32,000 nucleotides of DNA from Microcystis aeruginosa NIES-843. Lineage in GTDB: Bacteria > Cyanobacteriota > Cyanobacteriia > Cyanobacteriales > Microcystaceae. The notes below the pieces were generated by a model. The model was not told the origin of the DNA, made no database searches, and worked only from the letters and a program-made list of their open reading frames with translations. Both the position numbers and the translations under genes were made by a program. Shown one piece after another: positions 24,348 through 32,000 of the stretch. How positions within the stretch are numbered: position 1 is the stretch's first letter; each line of letters begins with the position of its first letter. Location: positions 960,001 through 992,000 of the forward strand of contig NC_010296.1 of the NCBI RefSeq assembly GCF_000010625.1. Reading direction: 5' to 3'.

Positions 24348-25067
24348 TCACAACTGTGTCGGATCAATGCCCAATTCGCGTAATCGGGCAAAAGCGCGAT
24401 CGCGTTCTTGTTGTGCTTGGTTGCGTTCCTGTTGTGCTTGGTTGCGTTCCTGTTGTGCTTGGTTGCGTTCTTGTTGTGCTTGGTTGCGCTCCTCAAAGAG
24501 GGTTTCAGGGTCTTTAAATCGTTCCCCATTGGGATAAAAGACCTCTAAACCCTCTTCAAACATCTCAAACCGAATCCCTAGGATTGGGGAAGTCCAAGGA
24601 AAATTCAAGGCCGTTACTGGGAAAAAATCCTCTTGCTGATTGGCCCGCACCAATCCCCAGAAATCATGGGAGTCTGGGTCATAGAAAAACATTTCTAATA
24701 CCCCATACTCCCGATAGAAAGACTGCTTTTTGAGCATTTCCCTGGCACTATTGCTCGGAGAGAGGATTTCAAACACTACCTGGGGGGCAATATTGTCTTC
24801 TTCCCATTGTTTATAGCTGCCGCGCTCACCCGGTGGACGGCCGAAAACTACCATGGCATCGGGAGCTTGACGGGGAGCGGGGGGTACAGTTACCTGCTGG
24901 GGATACCAGAGCAAATCCCCAGCGACAAAGACGGTTTGCTCCTTAAATAAATACCTGAGATTGGCAACCAAGCGAACAATCCAGCGATATTGAACTGTGT
25001 TGTCGGCCATGGGTTTACCGTCGGAATCAGGATAGAAAAGTTGGGGTTCGATGGGTGCTTGAACCAT
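24348..25067 (-). CDS. Uma2 family putative endonuclease, copy 2 (four NQAQQER units)
   Basis: About 99 percent identical to copy 1 apart from the 21-bp repeat expansion and a few substitutions. Confidence 0.85.
   Translation of the reverse strand: MVQAPIEPQLFYPDSDGKPMADNTVQYRWIVRLVANLRYLFKEQTVFVAGDLLWYPQQVTVPPAPRQAPDAMVVFGRPPGERGSYKQWEEDNIAPQVVFEILSPSNSAREMLKKQSFYREYGVLEMFFYDPDSHDFWGLVRANQQEDFFPVTALNFPWTSPILGIRFEMFEEGLEVFYPNGERFKDPETLFEERNQAQQERNQAQQERNQAQQERNQAQQERDRAFARLRELGIDPTQL
24402..24485. repeat. 4 x 21-bp in-frame tandem repeat inside Uma2 copy 2
   Basis: GCGTTC(T/C)TGTTGTGCTTGGTT x4. Copy 1 has one unit and copy 3 has two. Confidence 0.9.
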
Positions 25068-25311
25068 GCTTTATCTCTTGCGATCGCATTTTTGCCTAGC
25101 TTTATTGTATCATCGCAAATCCTTGGTTTGAAACCCTGTCCTTTTATACTAAATCCGTTGAGTAACGCACAGAAAACGGGTTTCTCCGAGAAACCCGTTT
25201 TCTGCTCAGGCAAAAGGCTTCAACGGTGAGACTTCGGACGTTCGGCAAACGGCAAAAGGGGGAATAAATAATCAGTTTTTAATAACAGGATTTAGGATTA
25301 CATCTAAATTT

Positions 25312-25920
25312 TTAATAAAGTCGAGGTTGAAAATTATCGGGAATATCCAATTCAAATACTTGGTCATGAATCCGAGCCACATAAAACCCTTCTTGCAGAA
25401 TTTTTTCCCGTAATTCCGGGGATACATGAACCGCCGCTAATATGCCATAGAGTTTTTTATCTTTGTGTTCAGGGAAAAAGTTGCGAAACCGTTGCAAAAT
25501 ACTTTTTAATTGTGAAATAGACTCCTCTCTGGCATGACTTTTAACTTCGACGATATAAGCAGTATTTAGCTGACCATTGGTATAGGCAAGAACATCAATT
25601 TCTAGGTGTTTTCCATCTTTACTGACTCGGACACTGGGACTGATAACTTCCATACCAAAGCGTTGTCTGAGAATCTTTTCCATTGAAGGGAGGGCAAGTC
25701 CTTCGGTAAAGCTGCCGAATTTTGCACCGAGTCCCCCAATTTGCTGACCTAATTCTTTGAGTTGTTTGTCAGTTTTCTTCTGTTGTTGGGCGTTTTCCTG
25801 CTGTTGCTGACTAACTTCCTTCAATAGTAGGTCAGTCTCCTTCAGTTGTTTGTCAGTTTCTTTTTGAGCAGTCGCTAATTCGGCTAAGAGTCGCCATACG
25901 TCTTCGGATGTAGTTGCCAT
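25312..25920 (-). CDS. Coiled-coil + PD-(D/E)XK-like fold protein (DUF3782-like; tentative), paralog 1
   Basis: N-terminal K/Q/E-rich coiled coil with repeated TDKQLKE. The C-terminal part has HLEIDVLAY...AYIVEVKS (D...E-x-K arrangement). Confidence 0.7.
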   Translation of the reverse strand: MATTSEDVWRLLAELATAQKETDKQLKETDLLLKEVSQQQQENAQQQKKTDKQLKELGQQIGGLGAKFGSFTEGLALPSMEKILRQRFGMEVISPSVRVSKDGKHLEIDVLAYTNGQLNTAYIVEVKSHAREESISQLKSILQRFRNFFPEHKDKKLYGILAAVHVSPELREKILQEGFYVARIHDQVFELDIPDNFQPRLY

Positions 25921-26110
25921 AGCTAATTTTTTCTCTCTGATTTGGTCTATTGCTATTTTACTGAATTTTGCCGATTCATGAAGAAGATAGTGCTTTTGCC
26001 TTTGAGTAAGAGAGCGATAAGTAGGGCGTGTTACACTGTCGCTAACATACCTTTATTTTTATAAGTAACTTAGAGTATTTTTAAGATTTGATAAATTTAA
26101 CGGCAAGAGC

Positions 26111-26139
26111 TTGACATCTACAGACAAAAATGCTAATCT
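26111..26139 (+). promoter_or_regulatory. Candidate promoter of PEP-CTERM gene 2
   Basis: TTGACA, 17-nt spacer, TAATCT. Duplicate of 23165-23193. Confidence 0.45.
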
Positions 26140-26195
26140 CGCGACTGCAACGCCATTTTTTAGGAGGCATTTAGTTATGGTATTAGCAAAACTGA

Positions 26196-26891
26196 TTGAT
26201 TGTCGGGGGGGGGGGTAAGAATAGCTTATCAAAAATAGCTATCGCTTCCTCTGCCATTGCTTTTAGCACTCTAGCAATATCACCAGTTCAAGCTGCTCAG
26301 CTAATTATTCCCAACACAACTGTTTTAGGGACTAATGTTTTTTCCGGGCCAACTTTCACGGTTTCTCAAAACTTTCTTCCGTCAGACACCTTAAGTGTTA
26401 ATGTGTCTGGAACAGTAGATATCTGGGCTGGAACATTGGCTATGAATGCTGCGGGTATTATTACCCAAACAACACAGCCAGGATTCAGTGTGGGACAAAC
26501 TACCCCGGTGGGTTCCGGGGCAACACGTCCGGGTCAACCCAGTGGTTCTCTACTTATTGGTAATAGCACACTGGGATTTTTTCCTCTATTCTCAGCTAAT
26601 GCAGCCAATGGTTTAGGCAGTGCCAATCCACCAACAAATTTATCATTATCTGGTGTGCCTTTATCCAGCATATTTACAAATGTAGGCTTTACGGGTATTG
26701 CTAATGGCACTGTTCTTCAGTTTCGTATCAACGATATTAATTCTTTTGATAATAGCGGTCAATTTGTCATTACCTCAACCCCTGCCTCGACCCCTGAACC
26801 TAGCACAATTTTAGGCTTAGGTTTATTGGGATTTGGTGCTTTCTGCCAGCGCAAACTATCTCAAGGGAAGAAGTCAAAACAGGACAATTGA
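26196..26891 (+). CDS. PEP-CTERM protein, paralog 2; out of frame with its SD-linked ATG (26177) because of a G11 tract
   Basis: Same SD/ATG as paralog 1, but G11 (26205-26215) versus G10 makes the ATG frame stop at TAA right after the tract. The long ORF is reachable only from a TTG at 26196 with no SD. It is either a phase-OFF allele or a pseudogene. Confidence 0.6.
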   Translation: MIVGGGGKNSLSKIAIASSAIAFSTLAISPVQAAQLIIPNTTVLGTNVFSGPTFTVSQNFLPSDTLSVNVSGTVDIWAGTLAMNAAGIITQTTQPGFSVGQTTPVGSGATRPGQPSGSLLIGNSTLGFFPLFSANAANGLGSANPPTNLSLSGVPLSSIFTNVGFTGIANGTVLQFRINDINSFDNSGQFVITSTPASTPEPSTILGLGLLGFGAFCQRKLSQGKKSKQDN

Positions 26892-27051
26892 GTTGAGAAC
26901 TTTGGGATTTATCCCCCCTTAATCTTCCCTGAATAAGGGGGATATCTGACAGTTTTTAACACCTACCTACTTATAGAAAAATAGGGGTTGGGTTGAGCAA
27001 TAGCAAGGCCTAACCTGCTATTTTATAATTGTCAAAGGTAGGTCTTTTTCT

Positions 27052-27238
27052 GGCTCTTCGGTTTGTGTTATGCAATGGACGGGGGTTATAAGGGATGTAA
27101 CCCTTATATAGAAAGGCATTTAGCGATTTTTGACAATTGTTTTTGATCTAGAGCGAACTAATCCATTAAGTCTCTTACCAGATAAGGATTTAGTCGATTT
27201 ATGCCCCCCTATCGAACCATACCAAGTAACGAAGAACC
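27052..27238. mobile_element. ~187-bp MITE insertion present only in duplication unit 2
   Basis: Absent from the otherwise identical sequence at 24074-24081. Flanked by a direct repeat CTTTTTC(T) (27044-27051 and 27239-27246). Imperfect terminal inverted repeats GGCTCTTCGGT / GGTTCTTCGTT (reverse complement). Confidence 0.7.
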
Positions 27239-27313
27239 CTTTTTCTTTTCTAACTTCTCAACATAAGTCAATGGCCTCTTTGATATTTTGTAGAGCTTCT
27301 TTTTGAGTCTCAC

Positions 27314-27504
27314 GAAGTCGTTCAGCAACAAGTCGCCCCATGGAACGGGCCATGGGTTTAAGTGATGAGGTTATTCGTTATTTAACCCTAAAACTCGATC
27401 GCGTGGTGGCCCCCCCTGCCGATTTATCTCCCTTAACGGAAATTCCGCCCTCTCCTATCACCGAAGCGGTGGTGGAAGATGACGGTATCTCCGCGGAAGA
27501 TTAA
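27314..27504 (+). pseudogene. rpsF fragment (same internal deletion), next to Uma2 copy 3
   Basis: Same junction as 24151-24341. It retains an in-frame ATG (27340) that would encode the last 54 aa of S6. Confidence 0.85.
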
Positions 27505-27510
27505 TTATAG

Positions 27511-28188
27511 TCACAACTGTGTCGGGTCAATGCCCAATTCGCGTAATCGGGCAAAAGCGCGGTCGCGTTCCTGTTGTGCTTGGTTGCGTTCTTGTTGTGC
27601 TTGGTTGCGTTCCTCAAAGAGGGTTTCAGGGTCTTTAAATCGTTCCCCATCGGGATAAAAGACCTCTAAACCCTCTTCAAACATCTCAAACCGAATCCCT
27701 AGGATTGGGGAAGTCCAAGGAAAATTCAAGGCCGTTACTGGGAAAAAATCCTCTTGCTGATTGGCCCGCACCAATCCCCAGAAATCATGGGAGTCTGGGT
27801 CATAGAAAAACATTTCTAATACCCCATGCTCCCGATAGAAAGACTGCTTTTTGAGCATTTCCCTGGCACTATTGCTCGGAGAGAGGATTTCAAACACTAC
27901 CTGGGGGGCAATATTGTCTTCTTCCCATTGTTTATAGCTGCCGCGCTCACCCGGTGGACGGCCGAAAACTACCATGGCATCGGGAGCTTGACGGGGAGCG
28001 GGGGGTACAGTTACCTGCTGGGGATACCAGAGCAAATCTCCAGCGACAAAGACGGTTTGCCCTTTAAATAAATACTTGAGATTGGCAACCAAGCGAACAA
28101 TCCAGCGATATTGAACTGTGTTGTCGGCCATAGGTTTACCGTCGGAGTCAGGATAGAAAAGTTGGGGTTCGATGGGTGCTTGAACCAT
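27511..28188 (-). CDS. Uma2 family putative endonuclease, copy 3 (two NQAQQER units)
   Basis: Near-identical to copies 1 and 2. Confidence 0.85.
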   Translation of the reverse strand: MVQAPIEPQLFYPDSDGKPMADNTVQYRWIVRLVANLKYLFKGQTVFVAGDLLWYPQQVTVPPAPRQAPDAMVVFGRPPGERGSYKQWEEDNIAPQVVFEILSPSNSAREMLKKQSFYREHGVLEMFFYDPDSHDFWGLVRANQQEDFFPVTALNFPWTSPILGIRFEMFEEGLEVFYPDGERFKDPETLFEERNQAQQERNQAQQERDRAFARLRELGIDPTQL

Positions 28189-28249
28189 GCTTTATCTCTT
28201 GCGATCGCATTTTGGCCTAACTTTATTGTATCACCGCAAATCCTCGGTT

Positions 28250-28280
28250 TGAAACCCTGTCCTTTTAGGACGACTTTGCC
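28250..28280 (+). repeat. Hairpin repeat TGAAACCCTGTCCT-ttt-AGGACGACTTTGCC upstream of Uma2 copy 3
   Basis: Same family as 23062-23092. Confidence 0.55.
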
Positions 28281-28400
28281 TTGTACTAAATCCGTTGAGT
28301 ATGGGCTACATATCAGGAGAGGCACTCATGCAAAAGGCAAAAGTCAAAGGGGAGAATAAATAATCATTTAATAACAGGATTTAGGATTACATCTAAATTT

Positions 28401-29009
28401 TTAATAAAGTCGAGGTTGAAAATTATCGGGAATATCCAATTCAAATACTTGGTCATGAATCCGAGCCACATAAAACCCTTCTTGCAGAATTTTTTCCCGT
28501 AATTCTGATGATAAATGAACCGCCGCTAATATGCCATAGAGTTTTTTATCTTTGTGTTCAGGGAAAAAGCGGCGAAACCGTTGCAAAATACTTTTTAATT
28601 GTGAAATAGACTCCTCTCTAGCATGACTTTTAACCTCGACGATATAAGCAGTATTTAGCTCACCATTAGTATAGGCAAGGACATCAATTTCTAGGTGTTG
28701 TCCTTCTTTACTGACTCGCACACTGGGACTGATAACTTCCATACCAAAGCGTTGTCTGAGAATCGTTTCCATTGAAGGGAGGGCAAGTCCTTCGGTAAAG
28801 CTGCCGAATTTGGCACCGAGTCCCCCAATTTGCTGACCTAATTCTTTGAGTTGTTTGTCAGTTTTCTTCTGTTGTTGCGCGTTTTCCTTCTGTTGCTGAC
28901 TAACTTCCTTCAATAGTAGGTCAGTCTCCTTCAGTTGTTTGTCGGTTTCTTTTTGAGCAGTCGCTAATTCGGCTAAGAGTCGCCATACGTCTTCGGATGT
29001 AGTTGCCAT
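28401..29009 (-). CDS. Coiled-coil + PD-(D/E)XK-like fold protein, paralog 2
   Basis: 202 aa with about 10 substitutions relative to 25312-25920. Confidence 0.7.
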   Translation of the reverse strand: MATTSEDVWRLLAELATAQKETDKQLKETDLLLKEVSQQQKENAQQQKKTDKQLKELGQQIGGLGAKFGSFTEGLALPSMETILRQRFGMEVISPSVRVSKEGQHLEIDVLAYTNGELNTAYIVEVKSHAREESISQLKSILQRFRRFFPEHKDKKLYGILAAVHLSSELREKILQEGFYVARIHDQVFELDIPDNFQPRLY

Positions 29010-29101
29010 AGCTAATTTTTTCTCTTTGATTTGGTCTATTGCTATTTTACTGAATTTTGCCGATTCATGAAGAAGATGGTGCTTCTGCCTTTGAGTAAGA
29101 G

Positions 29102-29890
29102 CTATCCATTAGTCACATCTTTCTTAACATAAAATTTGACAAAAAGAGAAAAGTGTGCCAGATGGCTCAAGGGGGTTCTATGGGGGAACTAATTTGATCA
29201 GATAGTTTCCAAGTCCGGCTGATATCATGTAACTTTCGCAGTCCCAACCAAATAGTTTTAATACTAAATCCGTTGAGCATAGGCTACGGATTTAGTATGA
29301 CTTTCTTTTTCTTGGGTTTCTCTTTTTTTTCGTTGCTTGGCATCCCTAAATTCTTTTCTTCTCTTGCCCAGACCTATTGATTAATCAGTCCCAAAGGTAT
29401 TCCTTGCGCTGAGACTCCTAATGTGGTATTAACTTTGAGACCAAAGGATTTTTTATAATCTAGATAACCCATTCCTTTTTTGGCTTTTTGGGTCGTAAAG
29501 TCTAAACTTGTTGTGTCTTGAACTGCCAAAACTATTGGATGTTCTTTGATTCTTTCTACTGTACTTTTAGCTTGGGCGGCAATTATATCTGAGGGGTGAA
29601 AATAGGGTGAATTCCAAAAGTCGTAGGTGGCACTGGCGGCGGCTAGATTTCCCGAAGCTTGTGGCACACTTGTACTAAATTGACTGGCCAAATTTTCCAC
29701 GATACTGATTAATCTTTTCTTTCTTCTCCTGTCCCCTAGGTCTGCATACTGTAATTCTTGGGCTGCCCATTTCTCCATTTTTTTGCTCACCTCAGCCTTG
29801 ATTCCTTCTTTCAAAACTATACCTATCAATCGTTTACCCTTTTTTTAAGTTTCTTCTCTTTTTGTTAAGAAAGATCCGACTAATGGATAG
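29102..29890 (-). mobile_element. Internally deleted IS4/Tn5-like insertion sequence (~789 bp)
   Basis: 28-nt terminal inverted repeats CTATCCATTAGTCACATCTTTCTTAACA (29102-29129) and the reverse complement of 29863-29890 (26/28 match). It encodes only the N-terminal 151 aa of a transposase. Confidence 0.7.
29374..29829 (-). pseudogene. Truncated IS4/Tn5-like transposase (N-terminal DNA-binding part through the first catalytic D)
   Basis: LGDRRRKKRLISIVENLA and VLAVQDTTSLDF resemble the Tn5-type transposase N-terminus. The ORF ends long before the second D and the E of a DDE triad. Confidence 0.65.
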
Positions 29891-30528
29891 GGTATAAACG
29901 GGGGCTGTTCCAGTATTAGCAGGATATCAGGTAAGTCGGGATTAGCAATTCTCGCCCCACCAGCGATCGCTGTTGCCAAAGAATAGGGCGTAATTGCCCG
30001 AATTTTTAGCCCACAGAGACGAGGTATTTTTTAAGCATTCATGGCGAGATTTGTCAAATTATTTAAGAAATGTGAAGGAGCGCAAAGGAAAATTAAAAGA
30101 AGGGAAGATATAGATGTTGGGGAGAATACTAAGTGCTAATCTAAGGTTATCCCATCTATTCCGAGGTTAACCGTCGAGCAGGAGAAACAATCACCGGATT
30201 CCCTTGCTGGCGGCAAAAATCAGTTTCTTTAAATGAAAGTTAACAGAACTTCGCATTTCTGTTAAGAGAAGGTTTAAAGAAACTTGTTAGAATAGAGGTA
30301 GATAAATCCAGTTGCAAATAGGCGCTCGACCCGATGAATTTTCCGCGCGATCCGACAAAAAAAAGAGAACGAGAACACCGACAATATCTAGACTGTGACC
30401 TCTAATTGACTTTCAATCAACAGCGCGATCGAGCAGTTTTTTTGAGGATTAAATTCCTGGCATCAACATCCCTTAAAAATAGTTGATGTGGGCAGTCCAT
30501 AGCAAAATTTTTAGATGGAGTAGTGAGT

Positions 30529-31128
30529 ATGAAGCTATTGATTCAGGGCAATAATATCGCTGTCACCGAACCTATTCATGATTATGTGGAACAAAAGCTG
30601 GAGAAAGCGGTGAAACATTTTAACGGCATAACCACAAAGGTTGATGTTCACCTCTCCGTGGAAAAGAATGCACGCATTCCCGATCGCCACAGAGCGGAGG
30701 TAACGGTTTATGCTAATGGGACAGTGATTCGCGCTCAAGAAGGAAGCGAAAATTTGTACGCGAGTATTGATTTAGTTTCTGATAAAATCGCTCGTCAACT
30801 CCGCAAGTATAAAGAAAGATTGGTGGATCATCGCACCAACGCCCCCGTTAAAACTAGCGAGGTGGTGCAAGAGAAACCCTTAGATGGTAGCCTAATTGGC
30901 GATCGCACTCCCGAATTACCTGCGGAAGTAGTGCGGATGAAATACTTTGCCATGCCACCGATGACTATTGAGGAAGCACTAACACAATTGCAATTAGTCG
31001 ATCACGATTTCTATATGTTCTGCAACAAAGACACTAACGAAATCAACGTTATCTATCAACGCAATCACGGCGGTTTTGGTGTTATTCAGCCCCGTCCCGT
31101 CAACCTCAATGGCAAAGAATCCAATTAA
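30529..31128 (+). CDS. hpf: Ribosome hibernation promoting factor, long form (LrtA-like)
   Basis: [27 protein letters not shown]...VTVYANG is the S30AE/HPF N-domain. The C-terminal dimerisation domain ([28 protein letters not shown]) is also present. Confidence 0.9.
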   Translation: MKLLIQGNNIAVTEPIHDYVEQKLEKAVKHFNGITTKVDVHLSVEKNARIPDRHRAEVTVYANGTVIRAQEGSENLYASIDLVSDKIARQLRKYKERLVDHRTNAPVKTSEVVQEKPLDGSLIGDRTPELPAEVVRMKYFAMPPMTIEEALTQLQLVDHDFYMFCNKDTNEINVIYQRNHGGFGVIQPRPVNLNGKESN

Positions 31129-31154
31129 CAGTTAGCGACCACAAATAAAACTAA

Positions 31155-31181
31155 AGACTGGAGAAATTCTCCAGTCTTTTT
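31155..31181. terminator. Bidirectional rho-independent terminator between hpf and hsp20
   Basis: 10-bp stem AGACTGGAGA/TCTCCAGTCT with a 3-nt loop and T-runs on both strands. Confidence 0.75.
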
Positions 31182-31186
31182 CTCAT

Positions 31187-31597
31187 CTAACCAAGATTAA
31201 CTTTCACCACTTTATTTTTTTCTGCCGCCGCTTTCGGGAGGGTGAGATAAAGAATACCGTCTTGATAGTTAGCGGTAACTTGGCTATTTTGCACCTCTAC
31301 TGGCAGGGTAATCAAGCGACTAAATTTACCATAATAAAATTCGCTGTTTTTTACCTCGGCAGCGCATTCACGTTGCCCATTAATAGCCACCATTTGCTTG
31401 CTAACCTCCACATCGATATCTTTAATATCCACACCAGGTAATTCGATTTTTAATTCCACGGAATCCTCGTTAACGGAGATTTCCACCGGGGGACGAGATA
31501 CCAATGAAGTTGTCGGTAATACTTCTTGAAAAAGTTGATCGATTTGACGTTGAACAGAATTAATTTCTAGGAAGGGGGAATAAAGAGTGAAAGCCAT
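31187..31597 (-). CDS. Hsp20/alpha-crystallin family small heat-shock protein
   Basis: Alpha-crystallin domain layout (ELPGVDIKDIDVEV...F.R.I.LP..V......A.Y.DGIL.L.LPK). Confidence 0.85.
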   Translation of the reverse strand: MAFTLYSPFLEINSVQRQIDQLFQEVLPTTSLVSRPPVEISVNEDSVELKIELPGVDIKDIDVEVSKQMVAINGQRECAAEVKNSEFYYGKFSRLITLPVEVQNSQVTANYQDGILYLTLPKAAAEKNKVVKVNLG

Positions 31598-31710
31598 AGT
31601 AATAATTTCCTCGAGAGGTTTTCTCTGACTGCGATTATCTCCATCTTAAGCAACTAACTTGACTTCCACAAGGCGGTTTTCAGGAAATAAAAAGTCGCAA
31701 TAACCGATAC

Positions 31711-31990
31711 AGTTATCAGTTATCAGTTATCAGTGGCAAGTGGGAAGTTGTGGGGTGTGGGGTGTGGGAAGTGGGGGTGTGGGGTGTGGGGTGTGGGAAG
31801 TGGGGGTGTGGGGTGTGGGAAGTGGGGGTGTGGGGTGTGGGGAAGTGGGGAAGTGGGGTGTGGGAAGAATAAATAAAAATAATCTCCTATCTCCTATCTC
31901 CTATCTCCTATCTCCTATCTCCTATCTCCTGTCTCCTATCTCCTATCTCCTGTCTCCCATCTCCTGAATACTGACTCCCGACTGCTGCCC
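31711..31990. repeat. Composite heptamer array (AGTTATC, GGGGTGT/GGGAAGT, CTCCTAT units) around the 23-nt core
   Basis: 31866-31888 is the exact reverse complement of 11532-11554. Different heptamer families flank the core. Confidence 0.8.
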
Positions 31991-32000
31991 CCTGCCTTCG

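Noticed and set aside
24316-24537. ORFs 24316-24537(+) and 24338-24529(-) with CCAWLRS / ATKHN repeats
   Set aside because: They are alternate-frame read-outs of the 21-bp tandem repeat inside Uma2 copy 2. The Uma2 frame is the conserved one across all three paralogs.
29894-30522. 630-nt ORF-free region upstream of hpf as a possible ncRNA gene or riboswitch
   Set aside because: I see only small hairpins (for example CATCAAC...GTTGATG at about 30461-30488) and no recognisable riboswitch core. lrtA-type hpf genes are known to have long leaders, so this is probably UTR plus promoter. The evidence is insufficient to call a feature.
31740-31967. 75-aa ORF (GVWGVGSGG... LLSPISY repeats), and the idea that the heptamer arrays are a CRISPR array
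   Set aside because: The ORF is a translation of heptamer microsatellites. The period is 7 nt with no unique spacers and no cas genes, so it is STRR-like repeat DNA rather than CRISPR or a gene.

Overview
This looks like a chromosomal segment from a cyanobacterium. It has dense HIP1 GCGATCGC sites, heptamer STRR-type arrays, several Uma2 genes and PEP-CTERM proteins. The repeat content resembles Microcystis, but that is an inference, not a search result.

Housekeeping backbone: rpoC1, ridA, ileS, a polyprenyl-phosphate sugar transferase, pgl, an FHA/zinc-ribbon protein, an M50+CBS protease, a metallophosphatase, tpiA, an FAH-family hydrolase, rpsF, hpf/lrtA and an Hsp20.

Accessory content:
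1. A visibly AT-rich four-gene island (2838-6363, minus strand) sits exactly between ileS and the ridA start codon. It consists of two NTPase + HEPN pairs. The first is a 144-aa HEPN-like protein plus a BolA-like/KGGVGR ParA-MinD-type ATPase. The second is a DUF262 ParB-like protein plus an Rx4H HEPN module that reads in frame into RidA. This is my best candidate for an undescribed conflict/defence system.
2. An IsrB gene (HNH-less IscB relative) with an ORF-free, hairpin-rich upstream region that fits an omega RNA. No TnpA is nearby.
3. An intact ISAs1-family IS with a 10-bp target duplication, an internally deleted IS4/Tn5-like element, and several MITE-like repeats.
4. The rpsF-Uma2 locus has been copied into a ~3-kb tandem duplication [PEP-CTERM protein / internally deleted rpsF fragment / Uma2 / coiled-coil PD-(D/E)XK-like protein] x2. 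The copies differ by a poly-G frameshift, a 21-bp in-frame repeat expansion and a hypervariable cassette.

All calls rest on reading the sequence and remembered family motifs. No searches or numerical computations were run.
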